Positions 18,823-28,830 are shown, numbered from the stretch's first letter. The stretch: 64,000 nt of DNA from an uncultured Planctomycetia bacterium (GCA_964527555.1 CAZGOG010000005.1:5863-69862), one strand, 5' to 3'. The notes: a model not told the origin generated them from the sequence alone. Numbers and translations: made by a program.

Positions 18823-19470
18823 ATGATAGACCTGCATACTCATACCATATTAAGTGACGGTGATCTTATCGCCAGTGAGCTTGTAAGGCGCGCAGAGGTC
18901 GCCGGATGTAATGTAATAGCAATTACCGACCATGTAGATCATTCAAATATTGATGTAGTCCTGCCCGGGATTGTAAAAGCATCTAAAATACTTAACAAAT
19001 TTTGGGATATTTTTGTTGTTCCGGGAGTTGAAATAACACATGTGCCGCTTGAGGTGTTTAGTGAGCTTACTAAATATGCCCGGGTAAATGGCGCTAAAAT
19101 AGTTGTCGGTCACGGTGAGTCTTCCGTAGAGCCAGTAATACCGGGGACCAACGCCGCCGCTATAAATGCCGGTGTAGATATCCTGGCGCATCCGGGTTTT
19201 ATCAGCGAGAAAGATGCCCGTCTTGCCGAGGAGAAGGGTGTTTATCTTGAGATTACATCCCGCAATGGTCATTCCGAGACAAACAAACACGTTTTTGCCA
19301 TGGCATCTAAGGCCGGGGCCAAACTGGTCTTAAATACAGACACGCATTCTCCGGAAGATATTCTCACTCCGGAAAAAAGAGACGAGATCCTGGGATTTTT
19401 GACTGACTCCGATGAGATTAAGTCTGGCATTATCCGTAACTCGGAAGAGATAGTTGATAAACTTCGGTGA
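18823..19470 (+). CDS. PHP-domain phosphoesterase (histidinol-phosphatase-like)
   Basis: IDLHTHT, ITDH, GVEITH, AHPG, NTDTH; GGAGG RBS. Confidence 0.9.
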   Translation: MIDLHTHTILSDGDLIASELVRRAEVAGCNVIAITDHVDHSNIDVVLPGIVKASKILNKFWDIFVVPGVEITHVPLEVFSELTKYARVNGAKIVVGHGESSVEPVIPGTNAAAINAGVDILAHPGFISEKDARLAEEKGVYLEITSRNGHSETNKHVFAMASKAGAKLVLNTDTHSPEDILTPEKRDEILGFLTDSDEIKSGIIRNSEEIVDKLR

Positions 19471-19540
19471 AACGGTTTATTCCAAAGTATTGATCTAAAG
19501 ATTTAGTTCTCTTAACAGCAATTTTTTATTGTTCTTATTC

Positions 19541-19568
19541 TTGACAGGCAGAGATTTCATGATATACT
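19541..19568 (+). promoter_or_regulatory. Sigma70 promoter for the beta-barrel gene
   Basis: TTGACA-16-TATACT with extended -10 TG. Confidence 0.7.
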
Positions 19569-19825
19569 TTCAATCAAAGTTACGCATATTTTAAAACGTT
19601 TTTCCGGACGTTTTAAAATAATGCTGTTTTGTTCTTTGCAACTTGCATGTACCGCCGAGACGATTTCGATTCTGGCAAAGAAAGGGGGGAGGAAATAAGA
19701 GAATTTTTTCACATGCCGGAAGTTGTCAATTATTTGAGGCGATACTTATATAGACAAATAAGGGCAGAAAAAACTGCTCGTTTAAATAACGATTTACAAG
19801 CAATAGTTACCTTTAAGGAGGTAAA

Positions 19826-21337
19826 ATGAAGTTGTTAAAAGTATTGTGCGTTGTGGCGCTGGTATTCGCAGTTTCTGCGATAGCATACGCCGAAACGCAG
19901 AGCGTGAAGGTAAGCGGTGATATCACAATGCGCGCCTTCGCAAGACAGAACTATGATTTGGTGGATCAGGACGTTGAGTTCGATCCATTGGGAATTGGCG
20001 GACTTGGCGAGCGTTCAACTGACTGGGCGACTTTTCTGCAGAGTACAGCAGAAGTCCAGGTTGACGCAGACCTTACCGACAATGTCTCTGGTGTTATCAG
20101 ACTCGTAAACCAGAGAGTTTGGGGCGATGACCTGTATACGAACGAAGTTACCGGTGAGATACAGCAGATGACCCCGAACGGGATGATGTACTTTGACGGT
20201 GCCGGTCTAACTGGTGGAGTACCCTTTAAGACCACCAACCCGATCACTGAGAACGCTTTCAGTGTTCAGCTTGACCTGGCATATATCGAACTGAAAGAGT
20301 TCCTGTATTCTCCTTTGACACTCAGGATAGGTCGTCAGGACCTTTGGTTTGGTAGAGGATTCATCATCGGCGCCAACATGCAGGATCCGGGTTGGAACCT
20401 GTATGCAATGGAATACACAGCGATCAGATCTTTTGATGCCGTTCGCGCAACATTGGATTATGATCCCTGGACGATCGATGCAGTATTCGCAAAGATCAGT
20501 GAAAACGCGATGGAAGCCGACGATGATATAAACCTCTGGGGTGTTAACGTAGGTTACGTTTTCGATTCTTACAACGGTGAAGTGGAAGCTTACTGGTGGT
20601 TCAAGCAGTCCAGGAACCCGGGCCCGGCAACACTGCTCGGCATACTGGGTACAGATATGACCAGCTTTACGAACTCAAACGTTCTTGACAACAGCGTTCA
20701 TGTACTTGGTGGTCGCGGTAGCTTCGATCCGATCGAAGACGTTACAGTCGCTCTTGAAGGTGCCTATCAGACAGGTGCGTACATGATACCGAACCAGACG
20801 AACAAAAGAACCAGGAATGCATGGGCATTGGATGCTATGATCGAATTTCGTACTTTCCAGGACAGTATGGCTTGGAGGCCTGTTTTAGGTTTTGAGTATA
20901 TTTTCTACTCAGGCGAAAAGGATCTTGGCAATCAGACTGTTGCTTCAACTGGTGATTACGAAGGTTGGGACCCGATGTTCAGAGGCAAGTTTGACACTGC
21001 CATCAGAGAGTTCCAGAACGTATATTACACAACAGCTCAGGCATCTACACCGTCCTTCACTAACCAGCATCAGGTGCTGGTAAGAGGTACTGTAGAGCCG
21101 ACAGACAGCCTTACATTCGATGCAGTATATGCACATTTCTGGCTTGCTGAAGATTTCATCACGACTAACACCAAGAGAAACATTGGTGACGAAGTTGATC
21201 TTCAGCTGACATGGGATTACACGGAAGACGTATCATTTGGTCTTTTGGCCGCATGGTTCATTCCGGGTACTTTCTTCCAGAACCAGCAGGACGATGTCGC
21301 TACCGATATCGTTGCTACTGCAAAACTTAGCTTCTAA
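19826..21337 (+). CDS. Outer-membrane beta-barrel (alginate-export/AlgE-like family), probable major OMP
   Basis: Signal peptide, alternating beta-strand pattern, LDLAYIEL...LRIGRQDL, C-terminal AKLSF; TAAGGAGG RBS. Confidence 0.8.
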   Translation: MKLLKVLCVVALVFAVSAIAYAETQSVKVSGDITMRAFARQNYDLVDQDVEFDPLGIGGLGERSTDWATFLQSTAEVQVDADLTDNVSGVIRLVNQRVWGDDLYTNEVTGEIQQMTPNGMMYFDGAGLTGGVPFKTTNPITENAFSVQLDLAYIELKEFLYSPLTLRIGRQDLWFGRGFIIGANMQDPGWNLYAMEYTAIRSFDAVRATLDYDPWTIDAVFAKISENAMEADDDINLWGVNVGYVFDSYNGEVEAYWWFKQSRNPGPATLLGILGTDMTSFTNSNVLDNSVHVLGGRGSFDPIEDVTVALEGAYQTGAYMIPNQTNKRTRNAWALDAMIEFRTFQDSMAWRPVLGFEYIFYSGEKDLGNQTVASTGDYEGWDPMFRGKFDTAIREFQNVYYTTAQASTPSFTNQHQVLVRGTVEPTDSLTFDAVYAHFWLAEDFITTNTKRNIGDEVDLQLTWDYTEDVSFGLLAAWFIPGTFFQNQQDDVATDIVATAKLSF

Positions 21338-21358
21338 GTTTATTTAAACTTGGAAAGC

Positions 21359-21397
21359 AAAAAACCCCGGTTTGCTTTAAAGCGAACCGGGGTTTTT
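21359..21397 (+). terminator. Strong intrinsic terminator
   Basis: A-tract, CCCCGGTTTGCT-TTAA-AGCGAACCGGGG, TTTTT. Confidence 0.88.
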
Positions 21398-21511
21398 ATA
21401 TCCCCCCGAGAATAAAGCCCACAGTAAGTCTTTTGTTGACTTTCAGCGCATAAAGATTAGAATATAATCTAATAATAGTGATATTTATACACTACCACTA
21501 AAAAGGAGGGT

Positions 21512-21871
21512 ATGATGCAGCAGGATGCTCAAAAAAAATCACCCGAGAAAAAGAAGGCGCCCGGCGCCTCAGATTCCGGAGAAATGGTATACGCGGTGCT
21601 TGCATATCTATGGATTCTCTGCCTTGTTCCGATCCTCATGAAAAAAGAGGACGAATTTGTAAAATTCCATACACGTCAGGGGCTTATGCTTTTTATTGTT
21701 GAAGTGGCGTTCGGGATAATAGCCATCGTGCCGATACTCGGAGCGGTTACCTATATACTCGGGATTCTTATCTGCGGGATTCTTTCCCTTATAGGCATTG
21801 TTCAGGTGTTGATGGGCAATAAGTGGAAGATGCCCCTTATCGGTGAATGGGCCGAGAAAATAAAGATATAG
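21512..21871 (+). CDS. DUF4870-like membrane protein
   Basis: LAYLWILCLVP, FVKFHTRQG, W.MPLIG. Confidence 0.8.
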   Translation: MMQQDAQKKSPEKKKAPGASDSGEMVYAVLAYLWILCLVPILMKKEDEFVKFHTRQGLMLFIVEVAFGIIAIVPILGAVTYILGILICGILSLIGIVQVLMGNKWKMPLIGEWAEKIKI

Positions 21872-21886
21872 TGAAAGGCTGTTTGC

Positions 21887-22897
21887 GTGAGGCGACAGAG
21901 ACAGATAAAAAAAATTACAATTATTTTTCTGGTCGCCGCTATTTGTATAATCAGCTTTAAAGTTTGTGTTTTTTACAAACAGCGGAGAGTGCCGCCGGCC
22001 GTTGAGGGTGGAGGAGCTCTCGAAGTAGTAAAAAGCTTTTCATTTTCTTCCGGTCAAGATTTGAAAGAATGGGATGAAAAGGTGCTTTCACGCAACGGTA
22101 CCGATTATCAAATAGCAGCGCTTGAGGGAGAAAACAAGGTAAGGGCCGTGAGCGAAGATTCAGCCTCGGCACTTTATTATAAACAGAGGCTTTTTTATAA
22201 GAAAAGTCCGTTTCTCAGCTGGGACTGGAAAGCGGAGAAGTTTCCTCTGCGCAGAGAGAAAGAAGTTCTGGATAAAAAAAGCGAATTTGATTTTGTCGCA
22301 CAGGTATATGTGGTGTTTCATTCGCAGTTTATTCTTCATGCTAAAGCTATCCAGTATGTCTGGACAGAAAGTATACCTAAAGGAACTATTGCGGCGAGCC
22401 CCTACACGAAAAACGTGAAGGTCATGGTGCTGGAATCCGGAGAGTCAGCAGAGTGGAGGCATGAACTGAGAAATATAAGGGAAGACTTTCTGCATCTTTT
22501 CGGAGAGGAACTGACAAGGGATATTGATGCCATAGCGTTTATGACGGATTCAGATAGCACCAATTCTAGCGCTATAGCGTACTACGATAATATCGAAATA
22601 GGGTACATAGAAAAACCCCAAGAGTACTTGCCTGAAAAAGTTCCAGAGAAAGAAGGGGAAGAGCCGGCGAAACCCGTAGAAGAGGTCAAAGAAGAACCAG
22701 CGCCGGGGCCTGAACCAGAAAGACCCGTAGAAGCCAAGGAAGCGGCAGCTTCGGCGGAACCAGTAGAAGAAGTGACAGAAGCGGTAGAGCCGGAGAAACC
22801 CGTAGAAGAAGCGATACCAGAGCCGGAGAAACCCGTAGAAGAGAATAAGACTGAAGTTGTAGAGGAAGAAAAGGCCGAGGCTGTGCAAGTCGAATAA
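21887..22897 (+). CDS. DUF3047-like anchored protein with acidic Pro/Glu-rich repeat tail
   Basis: N-terminal TM, LSWDWK, DFVAQVYVVF, AIQYVW, IAFMTDSD; C-terminal PEKPVEE repeats. Confidence 0.78.
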   Translation: MRRQRQIKKITIIFLVAAICIISFKVCVFYKQRRVPPAVEGGGALEVVKSFSFSSGQDLKEWDEKVLSRNGTDYQIAALEGENKVRAVSEDSASALYYKQRLFYKKSPFLSWDWKAEKFPLRREKEVLDKKSEFDFVAQVYVVFHSQFILHAKAIQYVWTESIPKGTIAASPYTKNVKVMVLESGESAEWRHELRNIREDFLHLFGEELTRDIDAIAFMTDSDSTNSSAIAYYDNIEIGYIEKPQEYLPEKVPEKEGEEPAKPVEEVKEEPAPGPEPERPVEAKEAAASAEPVEEVTEAVEPEKPVEEAIPEPEKPVEENKTEVVEEEKAEAVQVE

Positions 22898-22940
22898 AGA
22901 CTTAGATTAAAGCTAAAGACTGTAATGAAAGGAGGCCGTC

Positions 22941-23357
22941 ATTAAATATTTAAACAGGTCACTACAATCACGATATCTCGTTATTCTTATTCTTTCGATG
23001 ATAATACCAACGGTGGTTGTCGGAGGTTGTTTATATTATCTTGTTATTACTATTATGGCGGAGCAGATCGCTCTTCCGGATGTCATAGCAAGAGATCTGT
23101 TGCCGGTTATACAGAGGATAAATGTTATCCTTATAATAGCGCTACCGGCTGTATTTATTATTCTTTTGACATGGGCTATTATACTGTCTTACAGGTTTAT
23201 CGGGCCCCTGGAACGGCTGGAAGAAGATATAAAAAGCATCGATGACGGGGATTACAGTGTGAGGCTCCAGATCAATAAAGATCACGACCTTAGCCCGATC
23301 GCGGATGTAATAAATGATCTGGTCGAGAAGCTCGAGAAAGTGGATAAACGGGTATAA
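22941..23357 (+). CDS. 2-TM plus HAMP domain membrane protein; start uncertain (ATT 22941 or ATG 22998)
   Basis: SYRFIGPLERL...GDYSVRL HAMP; AAAGGAGG 5 nt before in-frame ATT. Confidence 0.7.
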   Translation: MKYLNRSLQSRYLVILILSMIIPTVVVGGCLYYLVITIMAEQIALPDVIARDLLPVIQRINVILIIALPAVFIILLTWAIILSYRFIGPLERLEEDIKSIDDGDYSVRLQINKDHDLSPIADVINDLVEKLEKVDKRV

Positions 23358-23360
23358 ACA

Positions 23361-24152
23361 ATGATACACAAAACGGCTATAATTGATAAATCTGCCGAAA
23401 TAGACCCCTCTGTCGATATAGGCCCCGGAGTTATTATTGAAAAAGATGTCCGCATCCACTCTAACGTGAGGGTAATGGCCAATGTCTATATTTACAAAGA
23501 TACCGAGATCGGAGAGGGAACCTGTATTCATCCGGGAACTGTCATAGGCGATGCGCCGCAGGATTATGCGTATAAAGGCGAAAAGACTTTTACTAAGATC
23601 GGAAAAAATAATATTGTACGGGAGTACGTTACCATTCATCGCGGCACGAAAGAAGGGTCAGCGACCGTTATAGGGGACAGTAATTTTCTGATGGTCCAGT
23701 CCCATCTGGGGCACAACTGCGTGACTGAAGACAATGTTATTATAGCAAACGGTGCGCTGTTGGCCGGGTATGTGCATGTTGAAAAAGGCGCTTTTATCTC
23801 CGGGAATGTGGTTTTTCACCAGTTTTGTCGCGTGGGACGGCATGCGATGATAGGCGGCTTTACAGGGGTCAATAAAGATGTCCCCCCGTATATGGTGGTA
23901 AGGGGGCCGTCGGTGATCAGAGGGATCAACCTTGTGGGCTTGAGGAGAGCGGGCTTTAGCCGGGACGTGATAAGAGAGGTAAAAGAGGTATATAAGATAA
24001 TGTTTCTGTCGGGTGCAACCAGCAGGGAAGCGCTTGAGAAAATAAAAGGTTCTTTTAAGTCGGAGGAGATCGGTCATTTTGTTTCATTTGTAGAGGGGTC
24101 TAAACGGGGGATATGCAAGATCCGTTTTAATAAAGAAGAGTATTTTGATTGA
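23361..24152 (+). CDS. lpxA: Acyl-ACP--UDP-N-acetylglucosamine O-acyltransferase
   Basis: IHKTAII hexapeptide repeats, PQD, REYVTIHRGT, HLGHNC, HQF, KDVPPY. Confidence 0.93.
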   Translation: MIHKTAIIDKSAEIDPSVDIGPGVIIEKDVRIHSNVRVMANVYIYKDTEIGEGTCIHPGTVIGDAPQDYAYKGEKTFTKIGKNNIVREYVTIHRGTKEGSATVIGDSNFLMVQSHLGHNCVTEDNVIIANGALLAGYVHVEKGAFISGNVVFHQFCRVGRHAMIGGFTGVNKDVPPYMVVRGPSVIRGINLVGLRRAGFSRDVIREVKEVYKIMFLSGATSREALEKIKGSFKSEEIGHFVSFVEGSKRGICKIRFNKEEYFD

Positions 24153-24186
24153 TCCGGGGTTTAAAACAGAAAAGGGGGTACGGGTA

Positions 24187-24519
24187 ATGAAGAAGGGTGA
24201 TTTGAACAAGCTGTTTAAAAAATATGAGCCTGTTGTGAAAAAAACCGGCGAACAACTGGCGAAAGCGGTAAAAACCGCCGAAAAAGATATAGCCAAGATG
24301 TACAAGGTGGCGCAGACTCATGTAGAGATACAGATGAAGAATCTGCAGAGGGAAAAGATTTATCACCAGATCGGCAAAGACGTCGCTAAAAAACTTCTCA
24401 AAGGAGAAATTGACCTGCCGGTCTTTGAGAAACATAAAAAACAATTAACGAAAATCGAGATGGAAGAGACTAAGATGAAAAAGCGTCTTTCAAGGGGAAA
24501 GAGATCAAAGAAGAAGTAA
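24187..24519 (+). CDS. Hypothetical basic helical protein
   Basis: Helical/coiled-coil composition, GGGGG RBS-like sequence. Confidence 0.65.
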   Translation: MKKGDLNKLFKKYEPVVKKTGEQLAKAVKTAEKDIAKMYKVAQTHVEIQMKNLQREKIYHQIGKDVAKKLLKGEIDLPVFEKHKKQLTKIEMEETKMKKRLSRGKRSKKK

Positions 24520-24564
24520 CGTTAACGAAACGGAATGTTTAAACGAATACTAAAGGAGGATGAA

Positions 24565-25572
24565 ATGTTGAAGAAAACAGTCTTATTATTGCTTGCGGTT
24601 ATATTGTTTATTGCCAGCCAGGCGGCATATGCGGAGAACACCAAGGCAAAAAGCCTGGTTTCGGATCTTTATGACCGAAGAAAAATGATGGATGCGCAAA
24701 GAAGGCTTTCAAATTACGGCCCGGAAGTCGCGGAATACTTGGCGCCTGTTCTTCAAGACAGCAGCCATGATACGGTACGAGTTGCAGCGTTGCGTATTAT
24801 AGCTGACGTAAACGGTACCTCGGCGGAAAACGAGGTCATTGCGGTTTTAAACGATAAAAACCACAGGGTAAGGCAGGAAGCAGCCAGGACGCTGAGTATA
24901 ATAGGCACTAGCCAGGCCGCCGTGGAACCATTGAAAGGTCTTTTAAACGATTATTATCCGAATGTCAGGTATAATGCGATAAAGGCCCTGGCAAAATTGG
25001 CTCCTAAAGATGAGACGGACCTGTTCATAAAAGCTCTTGGTGACTATGACGCAAGAGTACGTAAATTTGCGGTTATTGGCCTTGGTGAGTTAAAAAATCC
25101 AAAAGCTGTGCCCGCTCTTGCTCAACTTGCCAGAGATCCTGACGGAGGCGTCCGCTATGAACTTGCTAAAACCCTGGCAAGTATCGGTACGCCTGATTGT
25201 GTCGGGCCCATGACAATGCTTCTCGGGGATCCGGAGCAGAAGATCAGGTTACTGGCGGCCCAGGAACTTGGTAAGATCAAAGCAAGCTCTGCCGACGATT
25301 CCTTAGCTATGGCAGCGGACAGCCCGGATGCAAAACTTGCCAGCCAGGCCATTACCGCGCTTGGGGACAGGAAAAGCCCCAAAGCACTTGAGGTTGCCAG
25401 AAATCACCTCTCCAGCGAATACATGGCTGTTAAAATCGCATCTATAGAAGTCATAGGTAAAATGGGGTCCAGTAGCGATAAAGCTCTTTTAGAGCCGCTT
25501 ATGGAAGCAGAGTCTACCAGCGTCAGAATGGAAGCTAGAAAAGCATTGTCGGCATTAGAAAGCAGGTCATGA
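24565..25572 (+). CDS. Secreted HEAT-repeat (PBS lyase-like) protein
   Basis: Signal peptide; repeated L.D....VR..A...L units; AGGAGG RBS. Confidence 0.88.
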   Translation: MLKKTVLLLLAVILFIASQAAYAENTKAKSLVSDLYDRRKMMDAQRRLSNYGPEVAEYLAPVLQDSSHDTVRVAALRIIADVNGTSAENEVIAVLNDKNHRVRQEAARTLSIIGTSQAAVEPLKGLLNDYYPNVRYNAIKALAKLAPKDETDLFIKALGDYDARVRKFAVIGLGELKNPKAVPALAQLARDPDGGVRYELAKTLASIGTPDCVGPMTMLLGDPEQKIRLLAAQELGKIKASSADDSLAMAADSPDAKLASQAITALGDRKSPKALEVARNHLSSEYMAVKIASIEVIGKMGSSSDKALLEPLMEAESTSVRMEARKALSALESRS

Positions 25573-26687
25573 GCTCGGGATACACTCCGGCAAGGGCAAA
25601 AAAGTATTCTGCGATAAAGACGCGAATTTTCATAATAGACATCATTTTGACGGTTCTGGCGATTATGGTGTTTCAGGTGTTTTTCGCGCGGCCTCTTTCG
25701 CATCTTACCGGGAACATTCACGCTAATTTCTATATCGGGTGTTTTCTTTTCGCTTCTTTATTTCTATTTTTCATGTATGCGGTGGCCTTCCCGCTTCACT
25801 TCGCAAGTTCTTTTGTCTTGGAGAGGCGTTTTGCTTTATCGAGGCAGTCACTGGCAGCCTGGCTGGGAGATGAAGCTAAATCTTTGCTGCTGTCGTTTAT
25901 CCTCTCTACGGCAGCCATTCTTCTCTTTTATCTTGTCTTGCGGAATTTTCCCGCCGTATGGTGGGTGATTACAGCGGCAATATGGATATTTTTCTCGATT
26001 GTACTGGCACGCTTTTTACCGGTTCTTATTATCCCCCTCTTTTATAAGTATCTTCCCATAGAAGACGATACCCTTAAAGAACGGATAATGCTTTTGGCTG
26101 AAAAAACAAAAATTCATCTTATGGATGTATGCCAGATTGATTTCAGCCGGAAAACCGCCAAGGCGAATGCCGCACTTGTAGGTCTGGGGAAAACCCGTAA
26201 AGTCATTCTGGCTGATACTCTGGTTAAGGGGTTTAGCCCGGATGAGGTTGAAGCGGTTGTGGCCCATGAATTTGCGCATTTCAAATATAAGCACATGTGG
26301 CAGCTTTTGGCTTTTTCAGCCGCTATAACTTTAACGGGATTTTTCATTCTTTCTTTAGCGGCGGGCAAAATCGTAGATTTAAGCGGGGCAAAGGGCCTTA
26401 CTGATATGTACCTTCTCCCGGCATTGGTGCTGCTTATGGTTTTTTTCGGAATCGCGCTATTGCCTCTGCAAAATTTCTTTTCACGCGTTCTGGAGCGCCA
26501 GGCGGATAGATCCGCCGTAACGCTCACGGCTAAAAAAGAGGCTTTTATCTCCGTGATGCGGAAATTGGCGGAGATGAATCTGGCGGATGTTTCGCCCTCA
26601 CCCCTGAAGAAGATCTTTCTCTATGACCATCCTCCTGTCGAAGAGAGGATAAATATGGCGGAGAACATGAAGCGTGGTACTGGGTGA
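25569..26687 (+). CDS. M48 family membrane metallopeptidase (Ste24-like)
   Basis: NAA..GLGKTRKVIL.DTL, HEFAH, E.QAD, HPP..ERI. Confidence 0.92.
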   Translation: MSSGYTPARAKKYSAIKTRIFIIDIILTVLAIMVFQVFFARPLSHLTGNIHANFYIGCFLFASLFLFFMYAVAFPLHFASSFVLERRFALSRQSLAAWLGDEAKSLLLSFILSTAAILLFYLVLRNFPAVWWVITAAIWIFFSIVLARFLPVLIIPLFYKYLPIEDDTLKERIMLLAEKTKIHLMDVCQIDFSRKTAKANAALVGLGKTRKVILADTLVKGFSPDEVEAVVAHEFAHFKYKHMWQLLAFSAAITLTGFFILSLAAGKIVDLSGAKGLTDMYLLPALVLLMVFFGIALLPLQNFFSRVLERQADRSAVTLTAKKEAFISVMRKLAEMNLADVSPSPLKKIFLYDHPPVEERINMAENMKRGTG

Positions 26688-27343
26688 TGGGAATGACGGA
26701 TAAAAAGAAAAAGATCAAGAAGATATACGTTCTCCTGGAGAAATATTTTGGGGATCTTAAATGGTGGCCGGCAGAGTCAAGTTTCGAAGTGATAGTCGGG
26801 GCCATACTTACGCAAAATACTGCCTGGGGGAATGTTGAGAAGGCGATAGCGAACTTAAGACAGAAAAAAGTTCTAGCCCCCGGCAGGATAGCGACCATGA
26901 AACCGGCGAAACTGTCGCAGCTCATAAGGTCTTCCGGGTATCACCGCGTTAAGGCGCAGAGATTACGAGAGGTAAGTCGGTTTATCTTGAGGGAGTGTAA
27001 AGGAAAACTGTCCAGGTTGAAGAAGCAAGATGCCGCAGGTCTTCGGGGAAAACTTCTTCAAGTCAAGGGAATCGGGCCGGAGACGGCAGATTCTATTCTT
27101 ATTTATGCGCTGGATAAGCCGACATTTGTGGTAGATGCTTATACCAAGCGCATATTCGCCCGTCACACTCTAGTGGGGGAAGATGCGTCTTATGATGAGA
27201 TCCAGTCACTCGTCCACAGCTTTTTTACCATGGACAAAAAGGCATTAAATCAGTATCATGCGCTTTTAGTCGAGGCAGGAAAACATTTCTGCAAAAAACG
27301 CACTCCGCTGTGCGAAGACTGTCCGCTTAAAGTGTTGTTATAA
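26684..27343 (+). CDS. Endonuclease III-like HhH-GPD DNA glycosylase with Fe-S loop
   Basis: WWPA, GAILTQNT, KGIGPETADSI, VDAY, C..R.P.C..CP. Confidence 0.9.
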   Translation: MMGMTDKKKKIKKIYVLLEKYFGDLKWWPAESSFEVIVGAILTQNTAWGNVEKAIANLRQKKVLAPGRIATMKPAKLSQLIRSSGYHRVKAQRLREVSRFILRECKGKLSRLKKQDAAGLRGKLLQVKGIGPETADSILIYALDKPTFVVDAYTKRIFARHTLVGEDASYDEIQSLVHSFFTMDKKALNQYHALLVEAGKHFCKKRTPLCEDCPLKVLL

Positions 27344-27354
27344 GAGGAGGATAG

Positions 27355-28131
27355 ATGGAAGATTTGGATAAAATAAAGAAAGTCGCCGAGGAAATGGCGA
27401 GGGAAGCCGGAGAGTACGCTATAAAACACATAGATAAAGTAGCTCAAGTTTCCCACAAGGGAGGATACAATAATCTCGTCACGGATGTCGACAAAAAATG
27501 TGAAAGCGTAATCATAAACCGGATAAACAAGGAATTTCCAAGTCACTCGATACTCGCCGAAGAGAGCGGAGATCATGCCTCTAAAAGCAGCGTTAAGTGG
27601 TTTGTCGATCCGCTTGACGGGACGACAAACTATGCGCACGCCTTTCCGGTTTTTTGTACTTCAATAGGCGTGGCTTTTGATTCCATCGTTAAAGTGGGAA
27701 TTGTATATGATCCATCCCGAGACGAACTTTTTGCCGCCGAAGATGGGAAAGGGGCTTTTTTAAACGGCAAGAGAATTAGTGTTTCCGGTATAAAGACGGT
27801 TAATGACTCACTTATGGCAACGGGATTTGCTTATGATCTTAAGGGGAAAGTCGCAAATATTGATGCTTTTAAAGTAATGCTCGAAAATGCCCAGGCTGTC
27901 AGGCGGGCGGGCTCGGCTGCAATTGACCTTTGTTATGTGGCATGTGGCCGTTTTGACGGATTCTGGGAATTAGGGCTTAATCCCTGGGACACCGCCGCAG
28001 GTCAACTGATAGTGAAGGAATCAGGAGGGGTTGTAACCACAATCGAGAACGGGCCTTTTGATGTGTATAAAAAAGACATTCTGGCCACAAATGGCAAGAT
28101 ACATGAACAAATATTGCGCCTGATGAAATAG
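27355..28131 (+). CDS. suhB: Inositol monophosphatase family (SuhB)
   Basis: VTDVD, AEE, DPLDGTTNY, RRAGSAAIDL, PWDTAAG. Confidence 0.9.
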   Translation: MEDLDKIKKVAEEMAREAGEYAIKHIDKVAQVSHKGGYNNLVTDVDKKCESVIINRINKEFPSHSILAEESGDHASKSSVKWFVDPLDGTTNYAHAFPVFCTSIGVAFDSIVKVGIVYDPSRDELFAAEDGKGAFLNGKRISVSGIKTVNDSLMATGFAYDLKGKVANIDAFKVMLENAQAVRRAGSAAIDLCYVACGRFDGFWELGLNPWDTAAGQLIVKESGGVVTTIENGPFDVYKKDILATNGKIHEQILRLMK

Positions 28132-28270
28132 CATTTATCCGCGTTAACTCCGCAGCTTGCAAAAAATCTCACTTATTTTCAAAATAAAACCCATATTTTC
28201 TGAATTTTGTTAAAAAATTAAAATCTAGAAATCATACTGTGAATTAAATGTTAGTATATAAAAAAGCTAG

Positions 28271-28299
28271 TTGACATATGTAAGATAATGCGGTATACT
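28271..28299 (+). promoter_or_regulatory. Sigma70 promoter for paralog 1
   Basis: TTGACA-17-TATACT. Confidence 0.75.
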
Positions 28300-28350
28300 C
28301 TATATTGTAAAATAATAAAAAGCAAGATATTTAATTTTAGGAGGGGAGAA

Positions 28351-28722
28351 ATGAAATATAGAACAATAATAGAACTCATATGCGAAGCATCGAGTAAAGA
28401 CGATGCGATAAACATCGCTGGCGACTATCTCAGCGGCGACGTTGAATTTGGTGTCCAGATGAAATGCCGCTCGGTGTCTCTCTGGGCGCACAAGATGAAA
28501 AAATACGCCGCATCCTGTGCCATTCTGTTTTTAGTTGTTTCCACGCTTTTTTTGAAAATTTCATCAATGGACGACACTGGCAAGATTTGCGTTTTGGCAA
28601 GCGGTAATTCTCATGGTGCCTATACGGTCGTACCTGCTTTAAAGACAAAGCATGAAGTTGATTTCAAAAAAGAGTGGGATGAGAAGACAGACGAAGTGGT
28701 GATGGATTTCCTTAAAGATTGA
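28351..28722 (+). CDS. 123-aa single-pass membrane protein of unknown family, paralog 1
   Basis: AGGAGG RBS; gap-free alignment to 28914..29285 (80/123 identical by hand count). Confidence 0.85.
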   Translation: MKYRTIIELICEASSKDDAINIAGDYLSGDVEFGVQMKCRSVSLWAHKMKKYAASCAILFLVVSTLFLKISSMDDTGKICVLASGNSHGAYTVVPALKTKHEVDFKKEWDEKTDEVVMDFLKD

Positions 28723-28830
28723 CCGCGAACCGTGCGTTAAAACAGTCCTTTTGTTTTATGTACAGCCATCTGATATTCCCAAAACTTTCAACTGCAATCC
28801 AATATCAATGTTAGGGTTTCAAAAAGTTTG

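Noticed and set aside
19629-19829. 66-aa ORF upstream of the beta-barrel gene
   Set aside because: TTG start without RBS inside the predicted 5' leader; no recognisable features
23361-24152. lpxA outside an lpx operon
   Set aside because: Dispersed or duplicated lpxA genes are common, and nothing in the sequence indicates a new function
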